The position numbers and the translations under genes were made by a program. Shown here piece after piece: positions 22,109 to 31,696 of a DNA stretch of 64,000 nt (position 1 is its first letter; each line of letters opens with the position of its first letter). The notes below the pieces were generated by a model, which was given only the letters and a program-made list of their open reading frames with translations, made no database searches and had not been told where the DNA came from. The stretch covers positions 263,771-327,770 of the forward strand of contig CAXXFK010000030.1 in the NCBI GenBank assembly GCA_963663965.2, read 5' to 3'. The stretch is from Sedimentisphaerales bacterium (GTDB lineage: Bacteria > Planctomycetota > Phycisphaerae > Sedimentisphaerales > SM23-30).

Positions 22109-22290
22109 TAGTTCAGTATATACAATACACTTGCTTTTCTAGGGCACATAACCTGATTTTTAGAAATAGATTCTTGTAAGTCATTAGTGTAAATAAGGTT
22201 ACTTCTTGTTTTTTTGTTTTAATAAGGCGTATTGTATTAATTTTTGATTAAAAATATCAGTTGCTTAACATGATTCATTAAATAATTTTA

Positions 22291-22318
22291 TTGACATCGG
22301 TTTTCGGTTAAGGATAAT
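22291..22318 (+). promoter_or_regulatory. Candidate sigma70 promoter for the lipoprotein operon
   Basis: TTGACA-N16-GATAAT in an AT-rich spacer. Confidence 0.4.
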
Positions 22319-22521
22319 AATATATCAGTAAATTGGTTTTTTAGGGAATATGTATGTCTTTTAGCAAAGAATTTATCATGAGGCTTAATATTTAACTTAA
22401 CTATATTAAGTTAATGTATTTGGTGATTGAATGCAATTTATTGCCGAAGCTTTAATTTTGGCCTGGAATAATATGCATATCGAAGATGCTAGGGCCGTTC
22501 TTTTATAAGATGAGGTTTAAT

Positions 22522-23691
22522 ATGGATTTATTACGTAAATTATCGATAGTTATTGTATTGGCCTGTGCGGGATGTATGCAACAGAAAGTGATTGTGTGGG
22601 ATCCTGATAGTAGTGAGGCAATCACTCATTTTCAGAAGCCCGTTGTGAAAGAAACGGATAATAACTATGCTTTATGTGAGCTTTATCGAGCAGAGCTATT
22701 TTACAAAAATGGCGATAGACAGCATAGCGATACGCGTCTTAAAAACGCATTGAACGTAATGGATCAAATCGAATCCGATAAAAATGAGGCGGGTGCAGTC
22801 GCTCTGAATGAATACTTACGAACATATCGAGGTCAACCCTATGAGAGAGCAACGGCGTATTTTTATAGAGGATTATGCCAATTCCAGCTTGGCCGTTATG
22901 AGAGTGCCTTAGCCGCATTTCGGGCGTCGTTAGCTGAGGATGAAGAAACAAACAACGACGATCCAATTAAGAGAAAAGACTTTGTAATGTCTTACCTGAT
23001 GGCGGCGCTTTGCTTAAAGGCATTAGATGAGAATAATGAAGCTGAGGCGATGCTTGCTTCCGCACGTGAACTGTCACCGGAACATCCGCTCCTGAAACCT
23101 GAAATTTTTCAAAACAACACGATTGTTGTGGCGGGTGTGGGGGTGGGTCCCTGGATGAGACAAGGGGCTTTCTGGACCGTGCAATTTGAAGCGGGAAAAG
23201 TCCCTGATGGAAATTTCCGGGTTTTAGAGAATGACAAAGTTGTCGCTCCTTTACACGAAGTTACCGATCTTCTGATTCAGGCAGAGAGCCATAAAGCGGG
23301 AGGAGCTACTGGGGCGGCTGTGGCTAGAGGTGTGGCAAAAGAAGCGGTCAATATGGTCTTCTCAGTTTTACTTGGTGGTCAAGATGCTGGTATTCACGAA
23401 AATCGCGACCTCAGGTGCTGGACGGGTATTCCCCGTAAATTTTATATTGGTTCTTTCAATCTTAAGCCGGGATTGCATAATTTAACCTTTGACATTGTAA
23501 CCACAAAAGAAAAAGAGCAGGCTCAGGCAGGACGTTACCAGCAAACTTGGTTTGATATACCCATTGCTGATGGAGACCATCCAAACCTTGTTTACGTTCG
23601 GTTATTAACCAATGGTCAGAATTTTTATGATTTAGTTCCTGTCCCACTTCAAGATGCACTCGCAGCCAAAGCTGAGAACAATAAAAAGTAA
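22522..23691 (+). CDS. TPR-containing lipoprotein (COG3014-like)
   Basis: Lipobox CAGC; YRGQPYER..YFYRGL TPR-like helices; DLRCWTGIP..LKPGLH C-terminus. Confidence 0.7.
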   Translation: MDLLRKLSIVIVLACAGCMQQKVIVWDPDSSEAITHFQKPVVKETDNNYALCELYRAELFYKNGDRQHSDTRLKNALNVMDQIESDKNEAGAVALNEYLRTYRGQPYERATAYFYRGLCQFQLGRYESALAAFRASLAEDEETNNDDPIKRKDFVMSYLMAALCLKALDENNEAEAMLASARELSPEHPLLKPEIFQNNTIVVAGVGVGPWMRQGAFWTVQFEAGKVPDGNFRVLENDKVVAPLHEVTDLLIQAESHKAGGATGAAVARGVAKEAVNMVFSVLLGGQDAGIHENRDLRCWTGIPRKFYIGSFNLKPGLHNLTFDIVTTKEKEQAQAGRYQQTWFDIPIADGDHPNLVYVRLLTNGQNFYDLVPVPLQDALAAKAENNKK

Positions 23692-23706
23692 GTAGAGGTT
23701 AAACAA

Positions 23707-24219
23707 ATGAAATTACATCGTTATTATTTTTGTCGTCATTATTCAAAATTTTATGCGGTTGCCCTGACGGTTATGGTTCTACTGGCAGGTTGTGCAAAAC
23801 AGATACCATTTAAACCTAAATCAGCGGAGAGACCGGCGCCGGTTCATTGTTTTGACGCCGTTGGGCATATGCCCGGCACCAAGCCATTTATTTTCGGGGG
23901 AACCTGCTGTTGCACCCCCACGCCGGAACTGATGGAACAATATCATCGGGACGGTTTTCTGAAAGACATGAATTATGATCAATTGATCAAAGAGTATGAA
24001 GATCGGGGAATCCAATTTGAATCTATCAGTCACCATGATTGCAATAATTTATGCGAACATGGTCCCCATTTAGTCAAGGGCGGTAAGTGTATGGCTTCGC
24101 CGACTCCTGGAACAATAAACTATGAGGAAATTCGATTTGGTATTCGCTATATGAACACTAAAGCGGCGGAACAGTTGCAAAAGGCGAAAGAGAAAGCGGC
24201 CAAATCAAATAAGAAATGA
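23707..24219 (+). CDS. Cys/His-rich hypothetical lipoprotein
   Basis: Lipobox LAGC; GGTCCCTPTP and HHDCNNLCEHGPH..GGKCMASPTP. Confidence 0.75.
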   Translation: MKLHRYYFCRHYSKFYAVALTVMVLLAGCAKQIPFKPKSAERPAPVHCFDAVGHMPGTKPFIFGGTCCCTPTPELMEQYHRDGFLKDMNYDQLIKEYEDRGIQFESISHHDCNNLCEHGPHLVKGGKCMASPTPGTINYEEIRFGIRYMNTKAAEQLQKAKEKAAKSNKK

Positions 24220-27014
24220 AGTGTAACATGAAAATGCTCGTGTTCTTAATGTGCTTATTTTTTACCGGTATAACTTTTCAGGCTTATGGGGTTGGAGAAC
24301 TCGAGAGTCAGAATGCCATAAATGTGATGTTGGTTGCTTTGGAAGGCAATAAATCAGCATCTGGAGAAGCCACGGTTTCATTCGATAATTGGGAGTACTG
24401 GGAATCTGAAGCACCAGGTCTTGTAGATTATCTTATTAATGATCTTGGCTTCAATAAGATACAAAAGGAGACTGCGCCGGGTGCTGCATCTGTGATGACT
24501 ATCAATGCAGTAGCAGGTAAAGAAGGTGATTTCCCATTGGAACTTCTGGATGAACGGGCTAAAACATTTACAGCGGATACCGGTAGGGCTTCTTTAGTAA
24601 TCTTGTGGCAGCCAATGGCCGGTACGACCTGGGCGCTTCTGTACGGGATTGAAGATACCCCTCTTTCTGGTCATATACGGTCCGCTGAGAAACTGAATGA
24701 AGCAATCGCCTTATTACCTGCGGGAGGAGGTTTCCAATTAAGGACACCGCCTTGTCTTTTAAGCCATTCAGGTGTAATGAGTGGCGAAAAAATGAAACAA
24801 TCTCTGGTATCGGATTATCGAGAACGGCTTGTACATCTGCTTTCAGCGCTTCAATATAAGGCGGCTTCTCATCCTGCCAATCCGATCGCTGAATTAGGTG
24901 TGACATCACCTGGATCAGCAACTATACAGCTAACGTCGACGGCGCGCCAAAACATTGGACAGTCTGACGACGATCTACTCATTAGTATCAGAGGCCTGGG
25001 GACCGACAAATCGACCCCCGAGGTGTTAGTAATGGATCGGGTCATTCCGCACTTTGCAATCGTTGATCGGCGTAAAAATGTAGCATATGAATTAGATGGA
25101 AAAGGTGTGTTTCACACTACTCCTCTTGACGATTTTTTGAAGGGCGAACAGGATCCTGGTTTTTTTTCGCTTAAAGGCAGTGATATACGAGTGAGAGACA
25201 AGGCTGGTCAAGTTATAAAAATCAGGGAAATACCAGAACAAGATTGGCAACTTATTACAAATAATATTCGTGAACTTGCTTCAGTGCAAGATGGTAAGCA
25301 GAGCGACTATCGTTTTACTAAATTTCAAGGGGGGGATCTAGTATCTGATCATTGCGCAGATGCTGGACTTGATCTATTTCAATCGGCATTGGAGCGAAAT
25401 GGATATATACCTCAACGAGCTAAGGGATTTACTGCCTTTACCGACAATCCACGTTGGACAAACGGTCGACTTGTCGATTGGGTTACAGTAGACATCGTAG
25501 GAGGTGGACAAACTAATCCTGTCGAGGTGTCAAAACGATTTGATCGTGTTTCTGAACAATCGTTGAAATCTAGGATGGACCTTTACGAGGCAGTGCGTGT
25601 CCACAAACTACGCGGCGCAGAAGATTATGACATTAATAAGCATGGTATCGGTAGCAACACCCCTCGCGATTACCAGGGCACTATTATCCGGTTTCCAAAC
25701 GCAACTCAAGTAGATGCCATGAAGCCGAAATCTATACCTGAGTTTCGCAGGCAAGATCCTGTTTATGATGGAGGGCCAAAATTCTCACCTTGGGGGCCCG
25801 GGGATGGCCCGCCACCTCCGCCGGCAATGAATGTTAACATGGATCCCTTTCGAGATACGCGTAACCGATCATTGGAAATGACTACTCAAAATATGAAAAA
25901 TATGGGTAGTTTTCAGCAGCCCGGAGGGGTACTCTTTGCACCCGAAATTGAGATCGTTATCGGCAATAATGGTTTTACAAGTGAAATCGAGAAGCAGGTG
26001 ACGGATGCATTTGCTGGTAGTGATAAGGTTAGTACTCCTGTCACTATTGACGGCAAGGAAATGATGGCTGTCCGCATGCCTGGTTCCAGGAAGCTTTTTG
26101 AGATTCGGGTGGGTTACTTTTATTTCACACCCCGGCATTCTGATAACAGGGATTTGATTCTGACCTATTCTTCGGGTTTAGAATTTGATGTGGGGTTGGG
26201 TTGTGGCTGGTCTGTTGCTCCGTTCTATGTTAGTAGGAGGAGTGGACAGACAGAACTGGTCGATTTTCTTGGTTCTACGCGGTATCCTTATACCATCCCT
26301 GCTGCAGAAAGCCGTGATAGTGGGACGAACGAGTTTGTACTGAATAAAGTTTCTTCATTACTGCAGCCCACTCTGGTAGTGATGGGCCATGATGGGTACC
26401 AGGCAGAGTTTGCCGATGGCCGAACGATACTTTTTGATGCGAATGGGCTTATGCTGAAAGAAAGTATTGGGGAAAGAACACTCCGGAACTATGAGTATCA
26501 AAACGGAAGACTTATGAGTATGAAAAGTCAGGGCGGGTCTTTTCGAATAGAATATAGTGGGAAGAGTATTTTTATACGGTCGGATCGAGAAGATATTGAG
26601 TGTAACGTAAACGATGGTCGCCTGATGGCTTACCACGCATCAGATGCCAGGTTCTCCTTTGACTATGATCCGCATGGATGGTTGGCAAAGGGGGGCACGG
26701 ATGGCAGGTTCGTTTTCGAAAATATGTATGATAGGGAAGGGCAGCTCGTCTTTTGTAAGAATGCAGAAGGTCGCACCGAATATAGTTACGATCATTGGAG
26801 CGGAAAGCTGGTAGTACGGGCCGAGACGGGTAAAAGCGAGACTTATTTCTACGATAAAAATCAACGAGTGGTGGCTTACGGAAGTGATCCAAAAGAAATG
26901 GTGTTGCTCAACTATGATATTACCGGCCGTTTGATTCAGATGGCCCTGGGCGAACACCTGAACGCTGATGACCCTAAAGCGCGACCTCGCTTTCGCATAG
27001 TCGAAATGTTATGA
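24216..27014 (+). CDS. Secreted protein with C-terminal YD/Rhs-like repeats
   Basis: Signal peptide; unknown N-terminal region; Pro-rich linker; GLGCGWS then FDANGL, YEYQNGRL, YDPHGWL, YDREGQL, YDITGRL. Confidence 0.7.
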   Translation: MKCNMKMLVFLMCLFFTGITFQAYGVGELESQNAINVMLVALEGNKSASGEATVSFDNWEYWESEAPGLVDYLINDLGFNKIQKETAPGAASVMTINAVAGKEGDFPLELLDERAKTFTADTGRASLVILWQPMAGTTWALLYGIEDTPLSGHIRSAEKLNEAIALLPAGGGFQLRTPPCLLSHSGVMSGEKMKQSLVSDYRERLVHLLSALQYKAASHPANPIAELGVTSPGSATIQLTSTARQNIGQSDDDLLISIRGLGTDKSTPEVLVMDRVIPHFAIVDRRKNVAYELDGKGVFHTTPLDDFLKGEQDPGFFSLKGSDIRVRDKAGQVIKIREIPEQDWQLITNNIRELASVQDGKQSDYRFTKFQGGDLVSDHCADAGLDLFQSALERNGYIPQRAKGFTAFTDNPRWTNGRLVDWVTVDIVGGGQTNPVEVSKRFDRVSEQSLKSRMDLYEAVRVHKLRGAEDYDINKHGIGSNTPRDYQGTIIRFPNATQVDAMKPKSIPEFRRQDPVYDGGPKFSPWGPGDGPPPPPAMNVNMDPFRDTRNRSLEMTTQNMKNMGSFQQPGGVLFAPEIEIVIGNNGFTSEIEKQVTDAFAGSDKVSTPVTIDGKEMMAVRMPGSRKLFEIRVGYFYFTPRHSDNRDLILTYSSGLEFDVGLGCGWSVAPFYVSRRSGQTELVDFLGSTRYPYTIPAAESRDSGTNEFVLNKVSSLLQPTLVVMGHDGYQAEFADGRTILFDANGLMLKESIGERTLRNYEYQNGRLMSMKSQGGSFRIEYSGKSIFIRSDREDIECNVNDGRLMAYHASDARFSFDYDPHGWLAKGGTDGRFVFENMYDREGQLVFCKNAEGRTEYSYDHWSGKLVVRAETGKSETYFYDKNQRVVAYGSDPKEMVLLNYDITGRLIQMALGEHLNADDPKARPRFRIVEML

Positions 27015-27045
27015 AACCTTATTATAAGTAAGTAAAGGAAGTATT

Positions 27046-27657
27046 ATGCATTATCTGGTTAGATTGAGTCATGTATTTATGGGTGGCATTGTTGTGTTGT
27101 TGTTTCTGTGTGGTACAGGTTGTGTCGGGACGGTGAGCCGGGTTGATTTGGGTGATGAGCCGGTAAAAGATATCGAAGCAAGTGATGTAGACTTAAGGGC
27201 GATGGCGCGCGAAATGGCAACCGCCATTATTAAGATACCTGCAATTCGGGATACGGAAGGTGCAGTCAATCTGGCTTTTCCCACGATTAAAAACCGTACG
27301 ACAACGGTTGATTTTGATTCCGCTACTATCCAGAGCATGATTCGACAGGACTTGATTGCTCATTCCGAAGGCAAGTTGGCTTTTCTGGACCGTGAGGCCA
27401 GTGATTTGATCTTTGCGGAACGTGATGCGAAGCGATCGGGTCAATTGACTTCTCGTGAGAGACAAGATCTGCCCGGGGCTGACTTCTTTCTTGTCGGGTA
27501 CGCTTTTTCTCAACGAAAGGCCGACGGCAAACAGATGGTGGCGTATCATCGCTATTCTTTTCGCTTGCTTAACGCTGAAACGGGCGTCATTGTGTGGGAA
27601 AATGATTACGAATTTAAGAAGTACGGACGACCCGGGACCAGTTATCAGGGGCGCTAA
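27046..27657 (+). CDS. LpoB-like (CsgG/TolB-N superfamily) lipoprotein
   Basis: Lipobox GTGC; DLRAMAREM, IKNRT, GADFFLVG, FRLLNAETGVIVW. Confidence 0.75.
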   Translation: MHYLVRLSHVFMGGIVVLLFLCGTGCVGTVSRVDLGDEPVKDIEASDVDLRAMAREMATAIIKIPAIRDTEGAVNLAFPTIKNRTTTVDFDSATIQSMIRQDLIAHSEGKLAFLDREASDLIFAERDAKRSGQLTSRERQDLPGADFFLVGYAFSQRKADGKQMVAYHRYSFRLLNAETGVIVWENDYEFKKYGRPGTSYQGR

Positions 27658-27678
27658 TATAAATAAAGGAGTTCTATA

Positions 27679-28083
27679 ATGCGAAAAACGATCAGTATGT
27701 TTCTGGTAAGCATGATGTTTGTGGTGATGATAGGTTGTGTAGGGCCTACTGAAGGCGTTCGTACCAAAAACACTCCATTGGAACTACAAGAGAACCTGGT
27801 GTACATGGATCGATCATTGACTGTGCAAATTCCCTGTGAAGCGCTGGAAGCAAAAACCCTGGATAGCGGTCGTACGGAAATTTATGCACGATTTTATAAT
27901 AAGCGTAACCAGACGGCGGAATGTCAGATTCAGGTTAAGTTCAAAGATGATGCCGGCAGAATTGTGGATGATACCGGCTGGATGCCCTTTTTACTGTCTC
28001 GAAGAGAGGTAACGGAGTTTCGACATACATCTTTAACGCGTAATTCTGCCGATTTCGTTCTACTGCTACGCGAAGCACGCTGA
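27679..28083 (+). CDS. YcfL/DUF1425-like lipoprotein
   Basis: Lipobox MIGC; N.RNQ..CQIQVKFKDDAG..W..A.DFVLLLRE; adjacent to the lpoB-like gene. Confidence 0.7.
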   Translation: MRKTISMFLVSMMFVVMIGCVGPTEGVRTKNTPLELQENLVYMDRSLTVQIPCEALEAKTLDSGRTEIYARFYNKRNQTAECQIQVKFKDDAGRIVDDTGWMPFLLSRREVTEFRHTSLTRNSADFVLLLREAR

Positions 28084-28093
28084 GAGACTATAT

Positions 28094-29491
28094 ATGAAAT
28101 GGTTTAGTAAGATATTACCTGGTGGATTCAGACGCGAAGCTTGGATAGTTGTCTGGTTAATTCTCTGGATTGCCGGGTGTAATGAACATTATGGCAAGGT
28201 TCCTATGGAACAAGGACAGATGGATTCTGGGGCACCTCAGAATTTCGCTGATTTGCACACAATTAATGCGGTTAGTCGCTATGGGGGCACTGTTTTAACG
28301 GCCAAGGGAATGCCTCATGGTAGCTATGAAGCCTATCTGTGGGCCAAAAATATGGGGACATTGGTCGCCTATGAAACGTTTTTGCGCAGATACCCTGACG
28401 GGGGCCATGCGAAAGAGCTTCGTGAACGGATTCGCACTCAGTTTGTGCCAGAAGATGAACAGTGGCGGGAAGCATGGACGTTATATTCGCAAATGGAAGT
28501 AATTGGCGGTGCCATGGTTGATCCGGACGTTGGAGTAGTACTATTTGGCTATAAAAAAACAGGCAAACTTTCACCATTTATGTTTGAAGACTTGGTGACA
28601 GCCTTACAATGTGCATTGGTTGATGACGAGGTTGGGGTAACAATGAATCGGATATTCGATGCCCGGTTTCAACATGATGATACACCGGAAGACTATCCAT
28701 ATGTGACGTTCGAAACCTCAGTTGAATTCTATTCTGAAAAACTGCATAATACCCATCTTGCCTATACCCTGTTCGAAGCGGATAGAATGCTCAAAAGTCT
28801 GGGTGCTGGGTATGATATTTTCCTCAGGGAACCCATTCGCAGTAAAATTCCTGGTTTTAAAACGGAAGTGGAAATGGCGGCGGCCGAACCTCCCCAAAGC
28901 ATGAGTACCGGCAGCTCAAAATACGGTCGAGTGTGGATCGAGCTTACTAACGTGAAGGTTTTTACTACTGAGAACAGGAATGTGGCTGCGTTTAATGAAT
29001 TCGAGTTGGAAGTTCGAGCGGAGAGTAAGCACAAAGGGCCAATGCGTTTTGCTAAGCACATAAGAGAAAATTATGCCGCTTATTCAGAAGAATTTCCGAT
29101 ATTTGATGAAGTTGAACGTGCTGCCAGAATCGTTGCGATTTCAAGGTGGCTAGTAAAGGAACACCGTGAGATTGCACAACAACTGGTTGATAACGTGTAT
29201 AGTGGCGTCAATGTTTTTGTTCCGCAAGTTATTCCCGCGCGTTATGTAGAAACCCATCGAGAAGCTAATTATCGGGCCGGATTAATTGGTGGTGTGGTCT
29301 ATCCCAAGATTAATCAATATGAAAATTCGGAGATACCCGTTCTGGGCGAAGACCATCTTTCTGTTTTACCTGAGTTTGTACTTAAGCAGCGTCCGAATGA
29401 TAATGTTACTGCGTGGTATTTGGATCCTGGCGATAAAGACAAAGATATTGAGAAAAAGTGGATCGCCTGGAATGTGCGTGATAGTGGATAA
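28094..29491 (+). CDS. Hypothetical lipoprotein (DUF1598-like motifs)
   Basis: Lipobox IAGC; YETFLRRYPDG; FEDLVTAL, LFEADRMLKSLG, FAKHIRENY..PIF, IGGV. Confidence 0.55.
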   Translation: MKWFSKILPGGFRREAWIVVWLILWIAGCNEHYGKVPMEQGQMDSGAPQNFADLHTINAVSRYGGTVLTAKGMPHGSYEAYLWAKNMGTLVAYETFLRRYPDGGHAKELRERIRTQFVPEDEQWREAWTLYSQMEVIGGAMVDPDVGVVLFGYKKTGKLSPFMFEDLVTALQCALVDDEVGVTMNRIFDARFQHDDTPEDYPYVTFETSVEFYSEKLHNTHLAYTLFEADRMLKSLGAGYDIFLREPIRSKIPGFKTEVEMAAAEPPQSMSTGSSKYGRVWIELTNVKVFTTENRNVAAFNEFELEVRAESKHKGPMRFAKHIRENYAAYSEEFPIFDEVERAARIVAISRWLVKEHREIAQQLVDNVYSGVNVFVPQVIPARYVETHREANYRAGLIGGVVYPKINQYENSEIPVLGEDHLSVLPEFVLKQRPNDNVTAWYLDPGDKDKDIEKKWIAWNVRDSG

Positions 29492-29954
29492 ATAGCGAGA
29501 TAGCGTCTGGATACAGGCTGTATGATCAGCTGTTAAATATCACCGCTAAGAAGTGTGAATTTCTGAATACGGTACTTTTTTGATCTGCTGTTTTCTACTG
29601 GAGGCAGAAATTCGTTTTAGTTTTTCTCCTGCCAAAACATCTCTACGTTTCTTTGGGGCTCGTGAGCATAAACCTAGTTCTCAGGATTAGTTAAAGCGTA
29701 ATACTCGATATGTCCTTTTTATTCTCAAATGGATATTCTAAACTCTCTTTAATAGCTTCAAAGCGCTCCTTTCACAAACCAAAGTAGCTTTTTTATGCCA
29801 TTTTTCTATTTTAGATCGATTTCCCTGTTCTCAATTGTCAGTATCCATCTGCATCGATAATTACGTATTTGCATTCTGATCCCGAAGCTTTTACAATCGG
29901 AGCTGATTACAGAAACAATATAAATATCGATGCCATATCATAAAGGACTGGCTC

Positions 29955-31535
29955 ATGACTCAATGGCTGTTTACTTTGATTTGCGTTATTTTTTGTCTGT
30001 TAAATACTTCCTGCTCTCATCAGCAGTATGGCCAGACGTCGCCCAATCCTCCAATTCATCCGAATATCATCCTGATTATCACCGATGATCTGGGCTGGGG
30101 CGATGTCGGTTGTTATGGCGCCCAGGTAATTCCCACGCCTAATATCGACCGCCTGGCCGCCCAGGGCCGGCGCTTTACCAACGCCTACGCGCCCTCATCC
30201 ACCTGTACGCCCACCCGCTATTCGATTATGACCGGCGAATATGCCTGGCGTCGCCCGCCGCGCCAGACGAATATTCTCGACGGCGATGCCCCATTAGCGA
30301 TCGAACCCGGCCGGGTGACCCTGCCCGAAATGCTGCGTAAGGCCGGCTATACCACCGGTCTGGTGGGCAAATGGCACCTGGGCCTCGGCGATGGGAATAC
30401 CCCAGTCGATTTCAACGCTACCATCAGTCCCGGCCCCTTGGAAACCGGTTTCGATTCGGCTTATTTCATACCCGCCACGGTCGACCGGGTACCCTGTGTC
30501 TTTATCAAAGACCATCGCGTGGACAAACTCGAACCGACCGACCCGATCCAGATCAGTTACAGCGGTCCGATCGCCGATGAACCGGCCGGCCGCGACCACC
30601 CCGACCGACTCAAAGTCCCCGCCGACAATCAGCATGCCGATGTCATTATCAACGGCATCAGCCGGATCGGATATATGACCGGTGGCCGGCAAGCCTGCTG
30701 GACCGATGAAGATATTGCCGATACCATTACCGGCAAGGCGATTGAATTCATTGAAACCAACCAATCGAAACCGTTCTTTCTGATGTTCGGCACTCACGAT
30801 CCCCATGTCCCCCGCGCTCCCCATGCCCGTTTTCGCGGCAAAAGCGGCTGCGGTATCCGTGGCGACGCCGTGGTCGAAATCGACTGGTGTGTCGGCGAAA
30901 TCATGGCCGCGCTCGACCGGTTACACCTGACCGACGATACCCTGATCCTTTTCACCAGCGACAACGGTCCGGTCCTGTTCGATGGCTACTTCGATGGCGC
31001 CCTGGAAGATGTCGGCGCTCATCAGCCGGCCGGCTTGCTGCATGGCTGGAAATACCTGATCTATGAAGGCGGTACCCGCGTCCCGTTGATCGCCCGCTGG
31101 CCCCGGCAGATTCAACCGTCTGTGAGCGATCAAATGTTCAGCCTGGTTGACCTGCTGGCTACGGTCGCGGCCATCACCGAACAACCGTACGATTCAGCCG
31201 CCGCGCCCGACAGCCTGGATCTGTCGCCGGTCCTGCTGGGTCAGACCGAAAACAACCTGCGCGACAATGTGGTTCAACACGGTGTTTCCGCGTCCCTTTC
31301 CATCCGCAAAGACAACTGGAAATTCATCCCCGCCAATGCCGAGCGTCCCACTACCGGGATCGGTCGCGGCGCCAACCCCAAAGATCAGCGGTTCGTCGAA
31401 GCCAGAATCTATGAAGACCTGCTCTTTGACCTGACCACCGATCCATCTGAAACGACCAATGTCATTCAGGATCATCCCGAAAAAGCCGCCGAACTCAAGG
31501 CCCTGCTCGAAAAAATCAAACAAGGCAATCCATAA
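29955..31535 (+). CDS. Cys-type arylsulfatase (S1 family)
   Basis: DDLGWGD, CTPTR, GKWHLG, SDNG, YEGGTRVP; lipoprotein-like signal. Confidence 0.95.
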   Translation: MTQWLFTLICVIFCLLNTSCSHQQYGQTSPNPPIHPNIILIITDDLGWGDVGCYGAQVIPTPNIDRLAAQGRRFTNAYAPSSTCTPTRYSIMTGEYAWRRPPRQTNILDGDAPLAIEPGRVTLPEMLRKAGYTTGLVGKWHLGLGDGNTPVDFNATISPGPLETGFDSAYFIPATVDRVPCVFIKDHRVDKLEPTDPIQISYSGPIADEPAGRDHPDRLKVPADNQHADVIINGISRIGYMTGGRQACWTDEDIADTITGKAIEFIETNQSKPFFLMFGTHDPHVPRAPHARFRGKSGCGIRGDAVVEIDWCVGEIMAALDRLHLTDDTLILFTSDNGPVLFDGYFDGALEDVGAHQPAGLLHGWKYLIYEGGTRVPLIARWPRQIQPSVSDQMFSLVDLLATVAAITEQPYDSAAAPDSLDLSPVLLGQTENNLRDNVVQHGVSASLSIRKDNWKFIPANAERPTTGIGRGANPKDQRFVEARIYEDLLFDLTTDPSETTNVIQDHPEKAAELKALLEKIKQGNP

Positions 31536-31696
31536 AATGGTATAGTGACAGTTGACCTTATCAGGTCATTACCAGTACGTTTACTCTATTTATCCATGTT
31601 CGATCATTCTATTGATAATAGCCGGCCGCTGAAAACCTGGTGTCCGGGTACCAGACGACCGTAACCGAAGCAAAAACCGGCCCAATGGAGCAACCC

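Noticed and set aside
24030..24070. c-type heme motif in the Cys-rich lipoprotein
   Set aside because: CNNLCEH is not CxxCH.
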